Source: a virus (taxonomy: Duplodnaviria > Caudoviricetes). From it: 64,000 bases of DNA. The DNA is taken from the IMG/VR virus record IMGVR_UViG_3300000101_000005. One strand, 5' to 3'. The notes under the pieces were generated by a model. It was not told where the DNA came from. It made no database searches and worked only from the letters and a program-made list of their open reading frames with translations. The position numbers were made by a program, and so were the translations under genes. This document shows positions 35,043-43,906 of this stretch, piece by piece (position 1 is the stretch's first letter; each line of letters begins with the position of its first letter).

Positions 35043-37424
35043 TTAGTAAGCGCCAGCTAAGGTTTTGATTCTTTCGAGTTCTTCGAGTTCTTCTGCCCCT
35101 TGCTCTTGTGCCGGTGCCATTCGTTCTACCATCTTACGAGCAACTTGTCCTGCATGTTCGCCGAACTTCTTGTCTACCATAGTAGCAACGCCTTCTGGAC
35201 CTTTTGGAAATGTGCCACTATTTTTATCGTACATACTTACAATAAATTGTGCTACTTCGTTAATATCATATGACTTACCGTCTACTTTGAATTCTTTTTT
35301 GCCTGCTTTGATTGCTTTGTCTCTCTCACCTGAGAACTTATTTCCTTCGCCAAAATCTGGCTCATCTTGTTTTTCAATATGATTGCCTTCGTCATCAAAG
35401 TCTGTGTCAACCATATCAATTGCAAACATAGCATCAGCTGCTTCATACTTGCCTACTTTAATAGCAGCTTTAACTTTGTCTTTTGGCATTGTTAACTTTT
35501 GATCTTCATCTGTAAAGTCACCTAAAATTTCTTCAGCACCAATCAACGCATCACTTACTCTACCTTCTTGTTGCGTTCCTTCGTGTTGTTTATGATCTGC
35601 ATTATCGTACATTTCTTGTGCGTCCTCCTGACAAGCTGCCATTAACTCGTCCATGTCTTGCATTTCAAGATCTATGTCAGGGTCAAAACCTAATTTACTG
35701 TTACCATCCATTTGGCAGTCTAGTGATATTGATTTAGGATCAACTATGATGTTTGCTGGACCATCTTCGTTTTCAATTTTTGCTTTATACGATACAGTGC
35801 AAGGTGTCATTTCGCCATCATCGCCTGTTCCATCCCATTCAAACTCGCCTTCGAACTCGTCTGGCATAAAGCCTTCCATTGGTGGCTCAGATTGATCAGC
35901 ACTTACTGCTGGTTCATCTGCCATATCACCAAAGTCTAATGATTCTAATTGCTCAGGTGCATTTTCTTCAACCCATGCTTTAACTAATGGGCGAGCATCT
36001 CCGTTAGGATCTTCTTTTGCCTTCATTTTAATATCGTTAAACAGTCTGTTGTCTTCGATAATACCTTTTAAACTTTGAATAGCATTTGTGCCATCTACGC
36101 CTACTGGAAAGTCTTGGTTTACTAATTCATTTAGACTTGCAACTGCCTCTTTAATTTCTTCGTCGCTACCTGTTGTAAGAGGTGAATCTTCACCTAGTGC
36201 CATTGCCCAATTTTCAAATGCTGCAAACGGATCACTTGCTTCGTCCATATCATGTATGCCATTACCATTGTTATCAACCCAATGACTACCATTTTCATCG
36301 TGTGAGTCATGCTCACAATCAGTTGTAGGTTTGTGCATTACATCATCACAATCTTTACAGTGATATTTGTCTGATTCGTTTTTTGTCATTTCGACTATGT
36401 CGTCATAGCCTACAATTTCATCTTCTTTCATTAGTCTATATAGTACTGGAAATACTGATGTTAAATCTTCTTTGAAATTTCTAATAGTGAATTGATCTTT
36501 AAACTGTTCCATTACATCATCTGGTACTTCCATTGCCTCTGGTGTCTGGAAACCTTCTACGTATGATTCATAGTGAGGTTGTTTAGCTATTTTTGCAATT
36601 CTTTCTCTTAAACTATCAAGCTGGCCTTTGCTACGTTCAACAACTGAATTTGTGTCGGAGTTCATTAAGTCGTTACGTACAACATAGCCTGTGAAACTTT
36701 TTAATTGTGCAATTTCTTCACTCATTTTAATAATGCTTTCACCAATTGCATCGTATGGAGCACCACCATTTGCAACGTGTCTTTGCATAGCTCTTGCGCC
36801 TGCTAAGTGAATAAAAGGATATTTAAATCTTTCACCTTGTGAGTTTTCAACAAATAAAGCAGCAATATTTCTTGATCTATCACCTGGCTTCATTTCTGTA
36901 TCATCAGCAAGTGTTTTACTATGCTTAATGATTAATCTTGTGTCTTCCAGTTTTTGGAAGCTCTGTTTTTTAGTCCCGTATAAGGTGCTCTCGTTCATTT
37001 TATTCTCTCCGACTGGTTTTACTATAGTATCACTATCCGCTTGTGGGTTTGAGTATTGACTCAGGAATGCATAATCCCTTTGGTCTAGATTGTCTTTAGC
37101 AATGTCTCTAGTATCAAATGCTAGTAGTCGACGCTTACTAAACTTTCTTAATTCTTTTAGAAATCCGTACCAATTGTCTTTTTGTGGATCGTCCATGCCT
37201 TCAGTAATACCATTTGAAAAGTATACTTTCATTGAATTTGGTTCAGCAAGGCTAATACTCACGTGTCCAATATTCTTATCGCCTTCATTATAATCAAAGT
37301 CAAAGAATCTGGCTTGCTCCGGGTTGATAGTAATTGACCCAGCGTCATCTCCTAATTTTAAACCTTTAAATCTACTTCTAATTTTATAGAAGAGATCGGT
37401 TGCTATGTTGTTAGTTGCGTCCAT
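35043..37424 (-). CDS. large acidic hypothetical (probable head-associated) protein
   Basis: Start MDATN by TAAATA-CTTAT-ATG; follows terL. Confidence 0.7.
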   Translation of the reverse strand: MDATNNIATDLFYKIRSRFKGLKLGDDAGSITINPEQARFFDFDYNEGDKNIGHVSISLAEPNSMKVYFSNGITEGMDDPQKDNWYGFLKELRKFSKRRLLAFDTRDIAKDNLDQRDYAFLSQYSNPQADSDTIVKPVGENKMNESTLYGTKKQSFQKLEDTRLIIKHSKTLADDTEMKPGDRSRNIAALFVENSQGERFKYPFIHLAGARAMQRHVANGGAPYDAIGESIIKMSEEIAQLKSFTGYVVRNDLMNSDTNSVVERSKGQLDSLRERIAKIAKQPHYESYVEGFQTPEAMEVPDDVMEQFKDQFTIRNFKEDLTSVFPVLYRLMKEDEIVGYDDIVEMTKNESDKYHCKDCDDVMHKPTTDCEHDSHDENGSHWVDNNGNGIHDMDEASDPFAAFENWAMALGEDSPLTTGSDEEIKEAVASLNELVNQDFPVGVDGTNAIQSLKGIIEDNRLFNDIKMKAKEDPNGDARPLVKAWVEENAPEQLESLDFGDMADEPAVSADQSEPPMEGFMPDEFEGEFEWDGTGDDGEMTPCTVSYKAKIENEDGPANIIVDPKSISLDCQMDGNSKLGFDPDIDLEMQDMDELMAACQEDAQEMYDNADHKQHEGTQQEGRVSDALIGAEEILGDFTDEDQKLTMPKDKVKAAIKVGKYEAADAMFAIDMVDTDFDDEGNHIEKQDEPDFGEGNKFSGERDKAIKAGKKEFKVDGKSYDINEVAQFIVSMYDKNSGTFPKGPEGVATMVDKKFGEHAGQVARKMVERMAPAQEQGAEELEELERIKTLAGAY

Positions 37425-37429
37425 ATAAG

Positions 37430-37435
37430 TATTTA
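37430..37435 (-). promoter_or_regulatory. late-type promoter TAAATA-N5-ATG
   Basis: TAAATA-CTTAT-ATG(37424). Confidence 0.7.
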
Positions 37436-39025
37436 TCAAAATCCTGTACTTACGAAGATCGGCATTGGGAACTGATCTTCTGTCATTCTTTCTGTCATTT
37501 TGTCGTATATTTTAGGATCCCAGTCAGATAATACGTTGGCCATACGTACAATTAATAATGTTGCAGCCACTAAATCGTCATGTTCGCCTGTTTTTGCACC
37601 GTACCCAACACCGTGTGCTACGAATGTTTTTAGCTCTGATATAAGCGGTTTACTGTGTATTTTCATCTTATTTTTTTCTAATAAATTTTTAAATCCGCTA
37701 CATGCAGTAATCTTTGTTTTGTGTGTTGTGTTAAATCCTTTTCTATAACGTCTAACATGTCCTTTTCTCATAGGCTCACTTAAGAATAATCCGCTAAAGT
37801 TTTCTTCACCTATGTCTGCAATAACAACTAGTGCTGCTTCACCAATTGTATTATTCTCTACACTATAATATATTGTAGGAGTTGCATTTCCACCTGTTGC
37901 ACATTCTGTTTGAATGTACTGTAAAATTTCTCTTAATGTTCTTACTTGCTGTTGTATTGGAGTTAAGTTATGTCTCCATTCTCCTACTTGTTCCATACTA
38001 GGCATTTCAAATATTTGAATAGCACCATAGTCGCCGCCTGTACCTAAACTTGGATCCATACTTACTAGGTATGTTGCTTTAGGATTAATTTTTTTATACC
38101 AACGTGTTTGTCCAGTATTCATAATAGGCTCTGAGCCTTCTAGTTCTGCTAACTTAACACTATTAATAAGTGTTTCATCAAAGATTAAGAATTCACAATC
38201 AAACTCACGTCTAAAACGTTCGTCACCGATCTTTGCTTTTTCTTCTGCTGCCCAGGCATCATCTCTATCTGGATGATCAACCCATGGAGCAAAATAAGGA
38301 AAGAATCCGTTAGTACCTACGCCCATATCGTTACCGTGATCGTCAAACTTTTTATTTGCTTCTGTCCAAATCATAGCAAACTGATCTTCATCTGAGTTTG
38401 GTGTACTTGTAACAATAGCTTTACCACCTGTTGACAGTGTAGGAGAAAGTGCAGTCCAAAACTCTTTGGCTTTCTCTGGCGGTTGCACAAACGCAAACTC
38501 ATCACAGTATATTAATGAAAGTGATTTACCACGTCCAGTATCTTCTGTTGTTGTAGTTGCTTGTATTCTACTACCGTTATCAAACTCAATCGTGTTTCTG
38601 TTATATGTATAGATACCAGCACGAACAAAGTCAGGCAATGTTTCATATCCATATCTAAATCTATTCATGATGTCTTGCGCACCAGTATATTTGTGTGCAG
38701 CAATTAGCACCTGCGATTCAGGTGTAAACATTGTATACCATAATAGATATCCAGCAGCACAGGTCGTCTTACCCATCTGTCTAGGTAACATAGCAACACA
38801 ATATCTATTTTCTGCGTATGCTTGAATTAGTTCTCGTTGAAATCCATAAGGCTCAAACTTCATTGAACCTTTTACAGGGTGTTGAATGGTTAGAAAGTTT
38901 TCACAAAAGTATAATGGGCCCGTGATAGGATCCATACAAGCCTCTAAGTGCTTGACTTCTTCTAATGTAAATTTATTTTTGCTGTGGGCCTTCTTTATCT
39001 GAACGCCATCTAAACTCTTTGCCAT
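37436..39025 (-). CDS. gp17: terminase large subunit
   Basis: PRQMGKT, IYCDEFAF, TSTPN, SMDPS.G.G.D, HDDLVAA. Confidence 0.96.
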   Translation of the reverse strand: MAKSLDGVQIKKAHSKNKFTLEEVKHLEACMDPITGPLYFCENFLTIQHPVKGSMKFEPYGFQRELIQAYAENRYCVAMLPRQMGKTTCAAGYLLWYTMFTPESQVLIAAHKYTGAQDIMNRFRYGYETLPDFVRAGIYTYNRNTIEFDNGSRIQATTTTEDTGRGKSLSLIYCDEFAFVQPPEKAKEFWTALSPTLSTGGKAIVTSTPNSDEDQFAMIWTEANKKFDDHGNDMGVGTNGFFPYFAPWVDHPDRDDAWAAEEKAKIGDERFRREFDCEFLIFDETLINSVKLAELEGSEPIMNTGQTRWYKKINPKATYLVSMDPSLGTGGDYGAIQIFEMPSMEQVGEWRHNLTPIQQQVRTLREILQYIQTECATGGNATPTIYYSVENNTIGEAALVVIADIGEENFSGLFLSEPMRKGHVRRYRKGFNTTHKTKITACSGFKNLLEKNKMKIHSKPLISELKTFVAHGVGYGAKTGEHDDLVAATLLIVRMANVLSDWDPKIYDKMTERMTEDQFPMPIFVSTGF

Positions 39026-39030
39026 ACTAG

Positions 39031-39036
39031 TATTTA
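39031..39036 (-). promoter_or_regulatory. late-type promoter TAAATA-N5-ATG
   Basis: TAAATA-CTAGT-ATG(39025). Confidence 0.7.
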
Positions 39037-39039
39037 CTC

Positions 39040-39066
39040 AAAAAAATAGCACCCGAAGGTGCTATT
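39040..39066 (-). terminator. intrinsic terminator with UUCG tetraloop
   Basis: AATAGCACC-TTCG-GGTGCTATT then TTTTT. Confidence 0.9.
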
Positions 39067-39085
39067 GAATCTTGTGATAGCAGTA

Positions 39086-39520
39086 TTATGCTAATTCTAG
39101 CGTAGTTTTTACTGTACAAGTTACACCAGTAAAGTCAATTTGTGCTGGTGTAGCACCTGATAAGTCAGTTAATGCAATGATGTCATCTTCAATTTGTTCT
39201 ACAAGTGTTTCTGCACCTGCTTGATCATAATCTAATGAGTCGTTGCTTTGTTCAACTACAAGTGCAAACTTTTGGTTTGTACCATATAGTGCGCCACGAA
39301 TAACAACAGTACAATATTTTTCAACAATACGCATAATGCTTTCAATTGCTAGTCCGCTGCCTGTTTGAGCGTTTACTGCTGCACCACATGCAATTTCAAA
39401 TACTGTTAAGTTTTTGTTGCCGTTGTAATGTATAGCTGTCATATCAGCATATGGTTTTCTGTTTTCAGCAACCTTTACTGAACTACCGCCGCCGATTGTT
39501 GATTGTGTTAAATCTGCCAT
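39086..39520 (-). CDS. hypothetical (probable virion) protein
   Basis: Coupled ORF in the late operon. Confidence 0.7.
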   Translation of the reverse strand: MADLTQSTIGGGSSVKVAENRKPYADMTAIHYNGNKNLTVFEIACGAAVNAQTGSGLAIESIMRIVEKYCTVVIRGALYGTNQKFALVVEQSNDSLDYDQAGAETLVEQIEDDIIALTDLSGATPAQIDFTGVTCTVKTTLELA

Positions 39521-40182
39521 TACTTCTCTCCCTTAGCTTCTGCTAAACGTTGTGTAAGTTCAGCGTGTATTTGAGCTCTTAGGTCCTCGCCCTCTTTTAC
39601 TTTTCTCATAGGATTGTCACCGTCAGCTACTTTAGGATGTGTACCCTTAGGACGGTTCATTCCACCTGCTAATTTGTTTTGCATATAGTCAATGTCTCTG
39701 TGGTCTTCATCAGGCTCATTAGCATATGCTTCTTCTTTATCTTTGTCTTCTTCGTCGTGGTCGTCCATGTCGTGGTCGCCATCGTCGTCTTTGTCTAAAC
39801 CTTTGATCATATCGTGATCTGCATCATGGTCATCTTTGTCCATGCCCATATCCATATCACCGCCTGGCTTATCATCATTATCGTCATCAAAGTCTGGAAT
39901 CAATTTATTGATTGGCTTTGGCATAGCAATAGTCATGTCTGGCATGTCTGGCATGTCTGGTTTTTCTGGTTGGTTAATCATGTCTGGATTAACTTTAGTC
40001 ATTAATTTTAATACGTCATCAATAGCATCGCCTTCAGCACTGATATTAACATTCATTCTTGCTTTATCTTTTTGCTCTGGTGTTGACATTGGAGCCTGTG
40101 GCATAGGAACTGGCATCTCTGTAACAGGGGCGTCAGTTGTGTCAAGCTCACGCATTTTTTGCATAAGTTCATTAAAGTTCAT
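39520..40182 (-). CDS. acidic low-complexity protein (D/M/H-rich)
   Basis: PDMPDMPDM and DKDDDGDHDMDDHDEE tracts. Confidence 0.7.
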   Translation of the reverse strand: MNFNELMQKMRELDTTDAPVTEMPVPMPQAPMSTPEQKDKARMNVNISAEGDAIDDVLKLMTKVNPDMINQPEKPDMPDMPDMTIAMPKPINKLIPDFDDDNDDKPGGDMDMGMDKDDHDADHDMIKGLDKDDDGDHDMDDHDEEDKDKEEAYANEPDEDHRDIDYMQNKLAGGMNRPKGTHPKVADGDNPMRKVKEGEDLRAQIHAELTQRLAEAKGEK

Positions 40183-40763
40183 TATTTACTCCCTACAGGG
40201 CTGTTAACACCCGCTTTGTCGATTTTAATCTTAGGAACGTCTGCAAATACGTCTGCTTTTAATTTATCGTGTCCTAATTCCTTCTTACGTTCTTTAGAAG
40301 TTTTTTGTAAGTCTTTCAAAAATGATTTGTTAAAATCATTACCAAAGTAATCTTTGTGTTTGATCTTACCTGCTTCTTTATATTCGTTGTCATGTAATAG
40401 TGCGCCTTCTCTTTTGTCATCATTAATTTGATACTCTTCAGTTGGGCTGGCACTGTTTCTTACTTTACAACGATCTGCAACACATCCGCAATCTTCACAA
40501 CAGCTCTTAAGCACTTCTTGTGGAGTAATAGGATAGCTTGTTACAAGATTAAATGTAGTTACTTCCATATTGTTCAGTTCTGGAAAATCCATAGGAACTT
40601 CAGTAACTGGTGTTTTTGACATCTCTTCGCAAGTTACTACTTCCCTAGAAGCCATACATGATTTTAGTCTATCGCAAAAGCCTTCAGGAACTTCGCCTGC
40701 CACTTTTACGTTGAAGCTGTATACTTTTTTGCTTTCAGTCAAATATTCATTGAACGTTTTCAT
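40182..40763 (-). CDS. hypothetical protein with T4-like capsid-targeting N-terminus
   Basis: Begins MKTFNEYLTE. Confidence 0.7.
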   Translation of the reverse strand: MKTFNEYLTESKKVYSFNVKVAGEVPEGFCDRLKSCMASREVVTCEEMSKTPVTEVPMDFPELNNMEVTTFNLVTSYPITPQEVLKSCCEDCGCVADRCKVRNSASPTEEYQINDDKREGALLHDNEYKEAGKIKHKDYFGNDFNKSFLKDLQKTSKERKKELGHDKLKADVFADVPKIKIDKAGVNSPVGSK

Positions 40764-40768
40764 ATTAG

Positions 40769-40774
40769 TATTTA
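40769..40774 (-). promoter_or_regulatory. late-type promoter TAAATA-N5-ATG
   Basis: TAAATA-CTAAT-ATG(40763). Confidence 0.65.
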
Positions 40775-41263
40775 TTCCTTTCCGCTTAATTTCTTCATTA
40801 GTTCATTGCGATCTAGCATGATATAGCCTGATCCGTCTACTAATTCGTTGGGATCTTCACCTGAATCTTGATCAAGTTTCAGCTTTCTCATTTGTAAATC
40901 TACAGCTTTTAACTTCTTATCAATTTTAGCAGACTTAGCATCTACTGCATTTTTAAGCATACTGCCAGCAACTTCAAAAATACGTCCACTATAACGTACT
41001 TCTACATTCATACCCAAATCCATTAGATCATCATATGCTTTCTCAGCCTTATCAGCTAAGTGATCTAGATCCGTTTCACCTAGTGTATCCAATTCTCTTA
41101 CTGCTGGTAATTCTTTAGTAATGTTTTGGATTGCTTGATAACTTTGATCTACGCTTTTTATTTCAGCTTCCATTTCTTCAGCCTTTATTACAGAAGCTTC
41201 AACCTCTTTAGGTTCTTCTTTTGCTTCTTCCATATTAAAAAGTTCTTCTAATTTCTTTGTCAT
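40772..41263 (-). CDS. gp16: probable terminase small subunit
   Basis: GRIFEVAGSMLK...DLQMRK resembles the gp16 PRAYEVAGQLIK helix; TAAGTA-N5-ATG upstream. Confidence 0.55.
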   Translation of the reverse strand: MTKKLEELFNMEEAKEEPKEVEASVIKAEEMEAEIKSVDQSYQAIQNITKELPAVRELDTLGETDLDHLADKAEKAYDDLMDLGMNVEVRYSGRIFEVAGSMLKNAVDAKSAKIDKKLKAVDLQMRKLKLDQDSGEDPNELVDGSGYIMLDRNELMKKLSGKE

Positions 41264-41271
41264 ACTTTTAC

Positions 41272-41712
41272 TTATCTTCGTTTAGGTCCAGTGTGAAAAA
41301 TATCTTCTTCAGTTACTACCCTAAAACGTAGTCCTTTTTGTTTGCACCATGCGGTAGCTGCTTCCCATTTTGCCATATTGAGCAAGTATTGTTCTTGATT
41401 GTATCTACTTTTACCAACGCTTTCTCTAAATGATTGATTCTTAGGTTTAACTTCTATTACTTCTGCATGTTGCTTACCTTTTTTATCTGCATAAACAATA
41501 AAGAAGTCAGGTACATAAATTGTGTGTTTACCTGTTAATGGGTTTCTGTAAGGTATTTGAATACTTTCACTTGCCCACTTTGCAACACCTTGATGTTCAT
41601 CTAACATCTTCATAAAAACAGTTTCCCAACTTGAACGTGCCATTGGTGTTTTAGTACCAACATACTTGCTGGGGTTTTTCATTTCAAATCTGCCTTGAGC
41701 AAACTTCGGCAT
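41272..41712 (-). CDS. gp4: head completion nuclease (T4 gp4-like)
   Basis: RSSWE, WASE, IPYRNP, Y.PDF, EVKP, KWEAA..WC. Confidence 0.88.
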   Translation of the reverse strand: MPKFAQGRFEMKNPSKYVGTKTPMARSSWETVFMKMLDEHQGVAKWASESIQIPYRNPLTGKHTIYVPDFFIVYADKKGKQHAEVIEVKPKNQSFRESVGKSRYNQEQYLLNMAKWEAATAWCKQKGLRFRVVTEEDIFHTGPKRR

Positions 41713-41713
41713 A

Positions 41714-42079
41714 TTAAGCACTCACATTACGTTGTTTTGAGACATCTTCTACCGGTGTACGGTATCCTAGTGTTGATGTTGCCGGTCTATTATTATTTAG
41801 AACTTCAGCAACTAATGCACTAATTTGTAATTGTTCTAGCCCAGTAATATCGTCTAAAACTTTTGATATAGGAAGGTTTTCTAACTTTGCTTGTTTTAAT
41901 AATGACGTTGCAACAACTTCTGCTGCACTATTATCAAATCCTTTATCTTTAAAAAATACAATTGCTGTGTCATAGTCAACAGCATTATACTCTAATGGTG
42001 ATTTACCATATTGATCAAAGTAAAGTCTAGTACGTGCTGCACTATCTTGTATTTCCTTTGGTGGTAAATTAGTAGGCAT
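41714..42079 (-). CDS. hypothetical virion morphogenesis protein
   Basis: GGAGG RBS; start MPTNL. Confidence 0.65.
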   Translation of the reverse strand: MPTNLPPKEIQDSAARTRLYFDQYGKSPLEYNAVDYDTAIVFFKDKGFDNSAAEVVATSLLKQAKLENLPISKVLDDITGLEQLQISALVAEVLNNNRPATSTLGYRTPVEDVSKQRNVSA

Positions 42080-42080
42080 A

Positions 42081-43196
42081 TTATGTTCCTCCACCTTGAT
42101 TACCAGCAAACGATGAGCTATTACTTATATTGCTTGTAGACTTTGGTCGTGCCTTAGTAGTTCCGTTGGCTGCATCATTCTTTGGAAAGAATATACCTGC
42201 TGCACCCGATATTGTATTTGAAATTTGTTGTATGCCGCCCGGACTTGTTAAAATATTAACACCTTCGTTTAGAATAGAATCTTTACTTAATCCTCTAATA
42301 TTTTTATATGTATTAACTGCTGCAATAGCTGTACCTAAAAATGATTTAGGACTTTCAAATGCACTGCCGTTACCAATAGAACCAAATATAGATTCAAGTC
42401 CATCAAGTACACCACCTTCTCCTAGTAGTAATCCTGTTCCGCCACCTGCAACTCCTAATGGAGATGAAACTGTATCATAATGTAATGTTGCAAAACCCTT
42501 AGGTGAACCTTGACTTATTGTTCCTGCTGTATACTGTACTGCTTCGTATTGTAATGACATTGAACTTTCAGCAGTTTCTGACCCTGCTGCATAATCCATT
42601 CCACCTGCTGTCCATTGTTGAATCTTTGGATTGACTAGTGTGTATCCAACAAAGCGTCTACGTCCCATTGTGTAGATAGTAACAGATTTAAAAAAGTCCG
42701 CAGTTGATCCGTTATCAAAACCAAATGCATAGTTGTTAGTATTACCGTTTCTATATTGATCTCTATCATATGCTTGTGTAGGATTATTCCTATCAGCAAT
42801 ATAATAACCATAGTACAAAGCCCACAGAGCACTTATAACACCTTGGTTATCATCATGCATAGTAAACTGTACAGGGTCGTATTGAATTCTTTTGTAAACG
42901 TTATGCTTTTTATTATACTGGTTTAGTGTATCCATTTGGAAACTAAACTTAGGCAAGTCTACACCTTTAACTAGCAGTCCTGTTTCTTCAGCATGTTTGG
43001 ATTTAAAGTTAGCAGCCTTAACAGCCATAGGATCCATTTCAAACCTAACATAATAATTAAATTTAGTCTTAGGTGCAAGACGCATTGTATTATCAATGAA
43101 CAGTCTTGTGGCATGGGTATAGTTACCCATAATACCTTTAGGTTGAGTAAGTCCAGTTGCAAAATCGCTGAGAAATCTTGTGAATTTGTTTGCCAT
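42081..43196 (-). CDS. tail-tube-related or baseplate protein
   Basis: VDLPKF...YNKK, Y.P..FT.HDD tube-like fold; follows the tube gene. Confidence 0.55.
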   Translation of the reverse strand: MANKFTRFLSDFATGLTQPKGIMGNYTHATRLFIDNTMRLAPKTKFNYYVRFEMDPMAVKAANFKSKHAEETGLLVKGVDLPKFSFQMDTLNQYNKKHNVYKRIQYDPVQFTMHDDNQGVISALWALYYGYYIADRNNPTQAYDRDQYRNGNTNNYAFGFDNGSTADFFKSVTIYTMGRRRFVGYTLVNPKIQQWTAGGMDYAAGSETAESSMSLQYEAVQYTAGTISQGSPKGFATLHYDTVSSPLGVAGGGTGLLLGEGGVLDGLESIFGSIGNGSAFESPKSFLGTAIAAVNTYKNIRGLSKDSILNEGVNILTSPGGIQQISNTISGAAGIFFPKNDAANGTTKARPKSTSNISNSSSFAGNQGGGT

Positions 43197-43201
43197 ACTA
43201 T

Positions 43202-43207
43202 TATTTA
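43202..43207 (-). promoter_or_regulatory. late-type promoter TAAATA-N5-ATG
   Basis: TAAATA-ATAGT-ATG(43196). Confidence 0.7.
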
Positions 43208-43212
43208 GCCAT

Positions 43213-43241
43213 AAAAAAAGCCCGGAAAATAATCCGAGCTT
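43213..43241 (-). terminator. intrinsic terminator after the tail tube gene
   Basis: AAGCTCGGA/TCCGGGCTT stem followed by a T run. Confidence 0.75.
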
Positions 43242-43264
43242 CTTCTATTTTATTTAAAAAGTTA

Positions 43265-43906
43265 TTAGCCTTGAGCGCCTGAAGAACCTGTAGTAGATTC
43301 ACCAATTGTTCTTCCAACGTTTGCGCCAATTCCAACGCCAACGCCTTGCTCACCTGCGCCCCACTGTACCATGTTATCAAAACGTACAGTTAGTGCAACT
43401 TGCATAGCTTCGTTAGTAGCGTAGTTAGCGTCACCGTAGTCTACGTTAGTTAGGAAACAACCATACATGTTTGCTGTTTCTAATACGCTTACTCCGTTTT
43501 CACTAGTACCGTTACCACCGTCTAGTACTTCAATTTTTGTTGTAAACTTGTAGTCAATACCTGATCTAGCAGATGCTTGTTCGACAAAGTCAAACTGCTT
43601 CTGGACCTGTTGGCCGACTAGCTTTTGTACAAAGCCACTAGCATCATCACGTAAGTTCAATGTTAGTGTTTCGAAAGTATACTTACCTGCTAAGAATACC
43701 TTTGAGTTGTACACGTCTAACTGCATTTCTTCAAAACCTACTTTTGGTCTTGAAACATCTACAACTTGTTTAGTAAGTTCTGTTGCAGCACTAACTCCAA
43801 ATCCTAAAAGTGTCACCCTAAAGCGATATTTTAGTTTAGGCATCAAGAGCACTTGGTTGCCTGCGTCTGTTGGTACTCCAAAGTTGTTAAGTGATGTAAT
43901 AGGCAT
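43265..43906 (-). CDS. gp19: tail tube protein
   Basis: LKYRFRV, SRPKVGFEE, AGKYTFE...LRDD; downstream of sheath. Confidence 0.85.
   Translation of the reverse strand: MPITSLNNFGVPTDAGNQVLLMPKLKYRFRVTLLGFGVSAATELTKQVVDVSRPKVGFEEMQLDVYNSKVFLAGKYTFETLTLNLRDDASGFVQKLVGQQVQKQFDFVEQASARSGIDYKFTTKIEVLDGGNGTSENGVSVLETANMYGCFLTNVDYGDANYATNEAMQVALTVRFDNMVQWGAGEQGVGVGIGANVGRTIGESTTGSSGAQG

Noticed and set aside
5337-39025. Inteins or group I introns in helicase, UvsX, UvsW or terminase
   Set aside because: Protein lengths are ordinary and motifs are contiguous.
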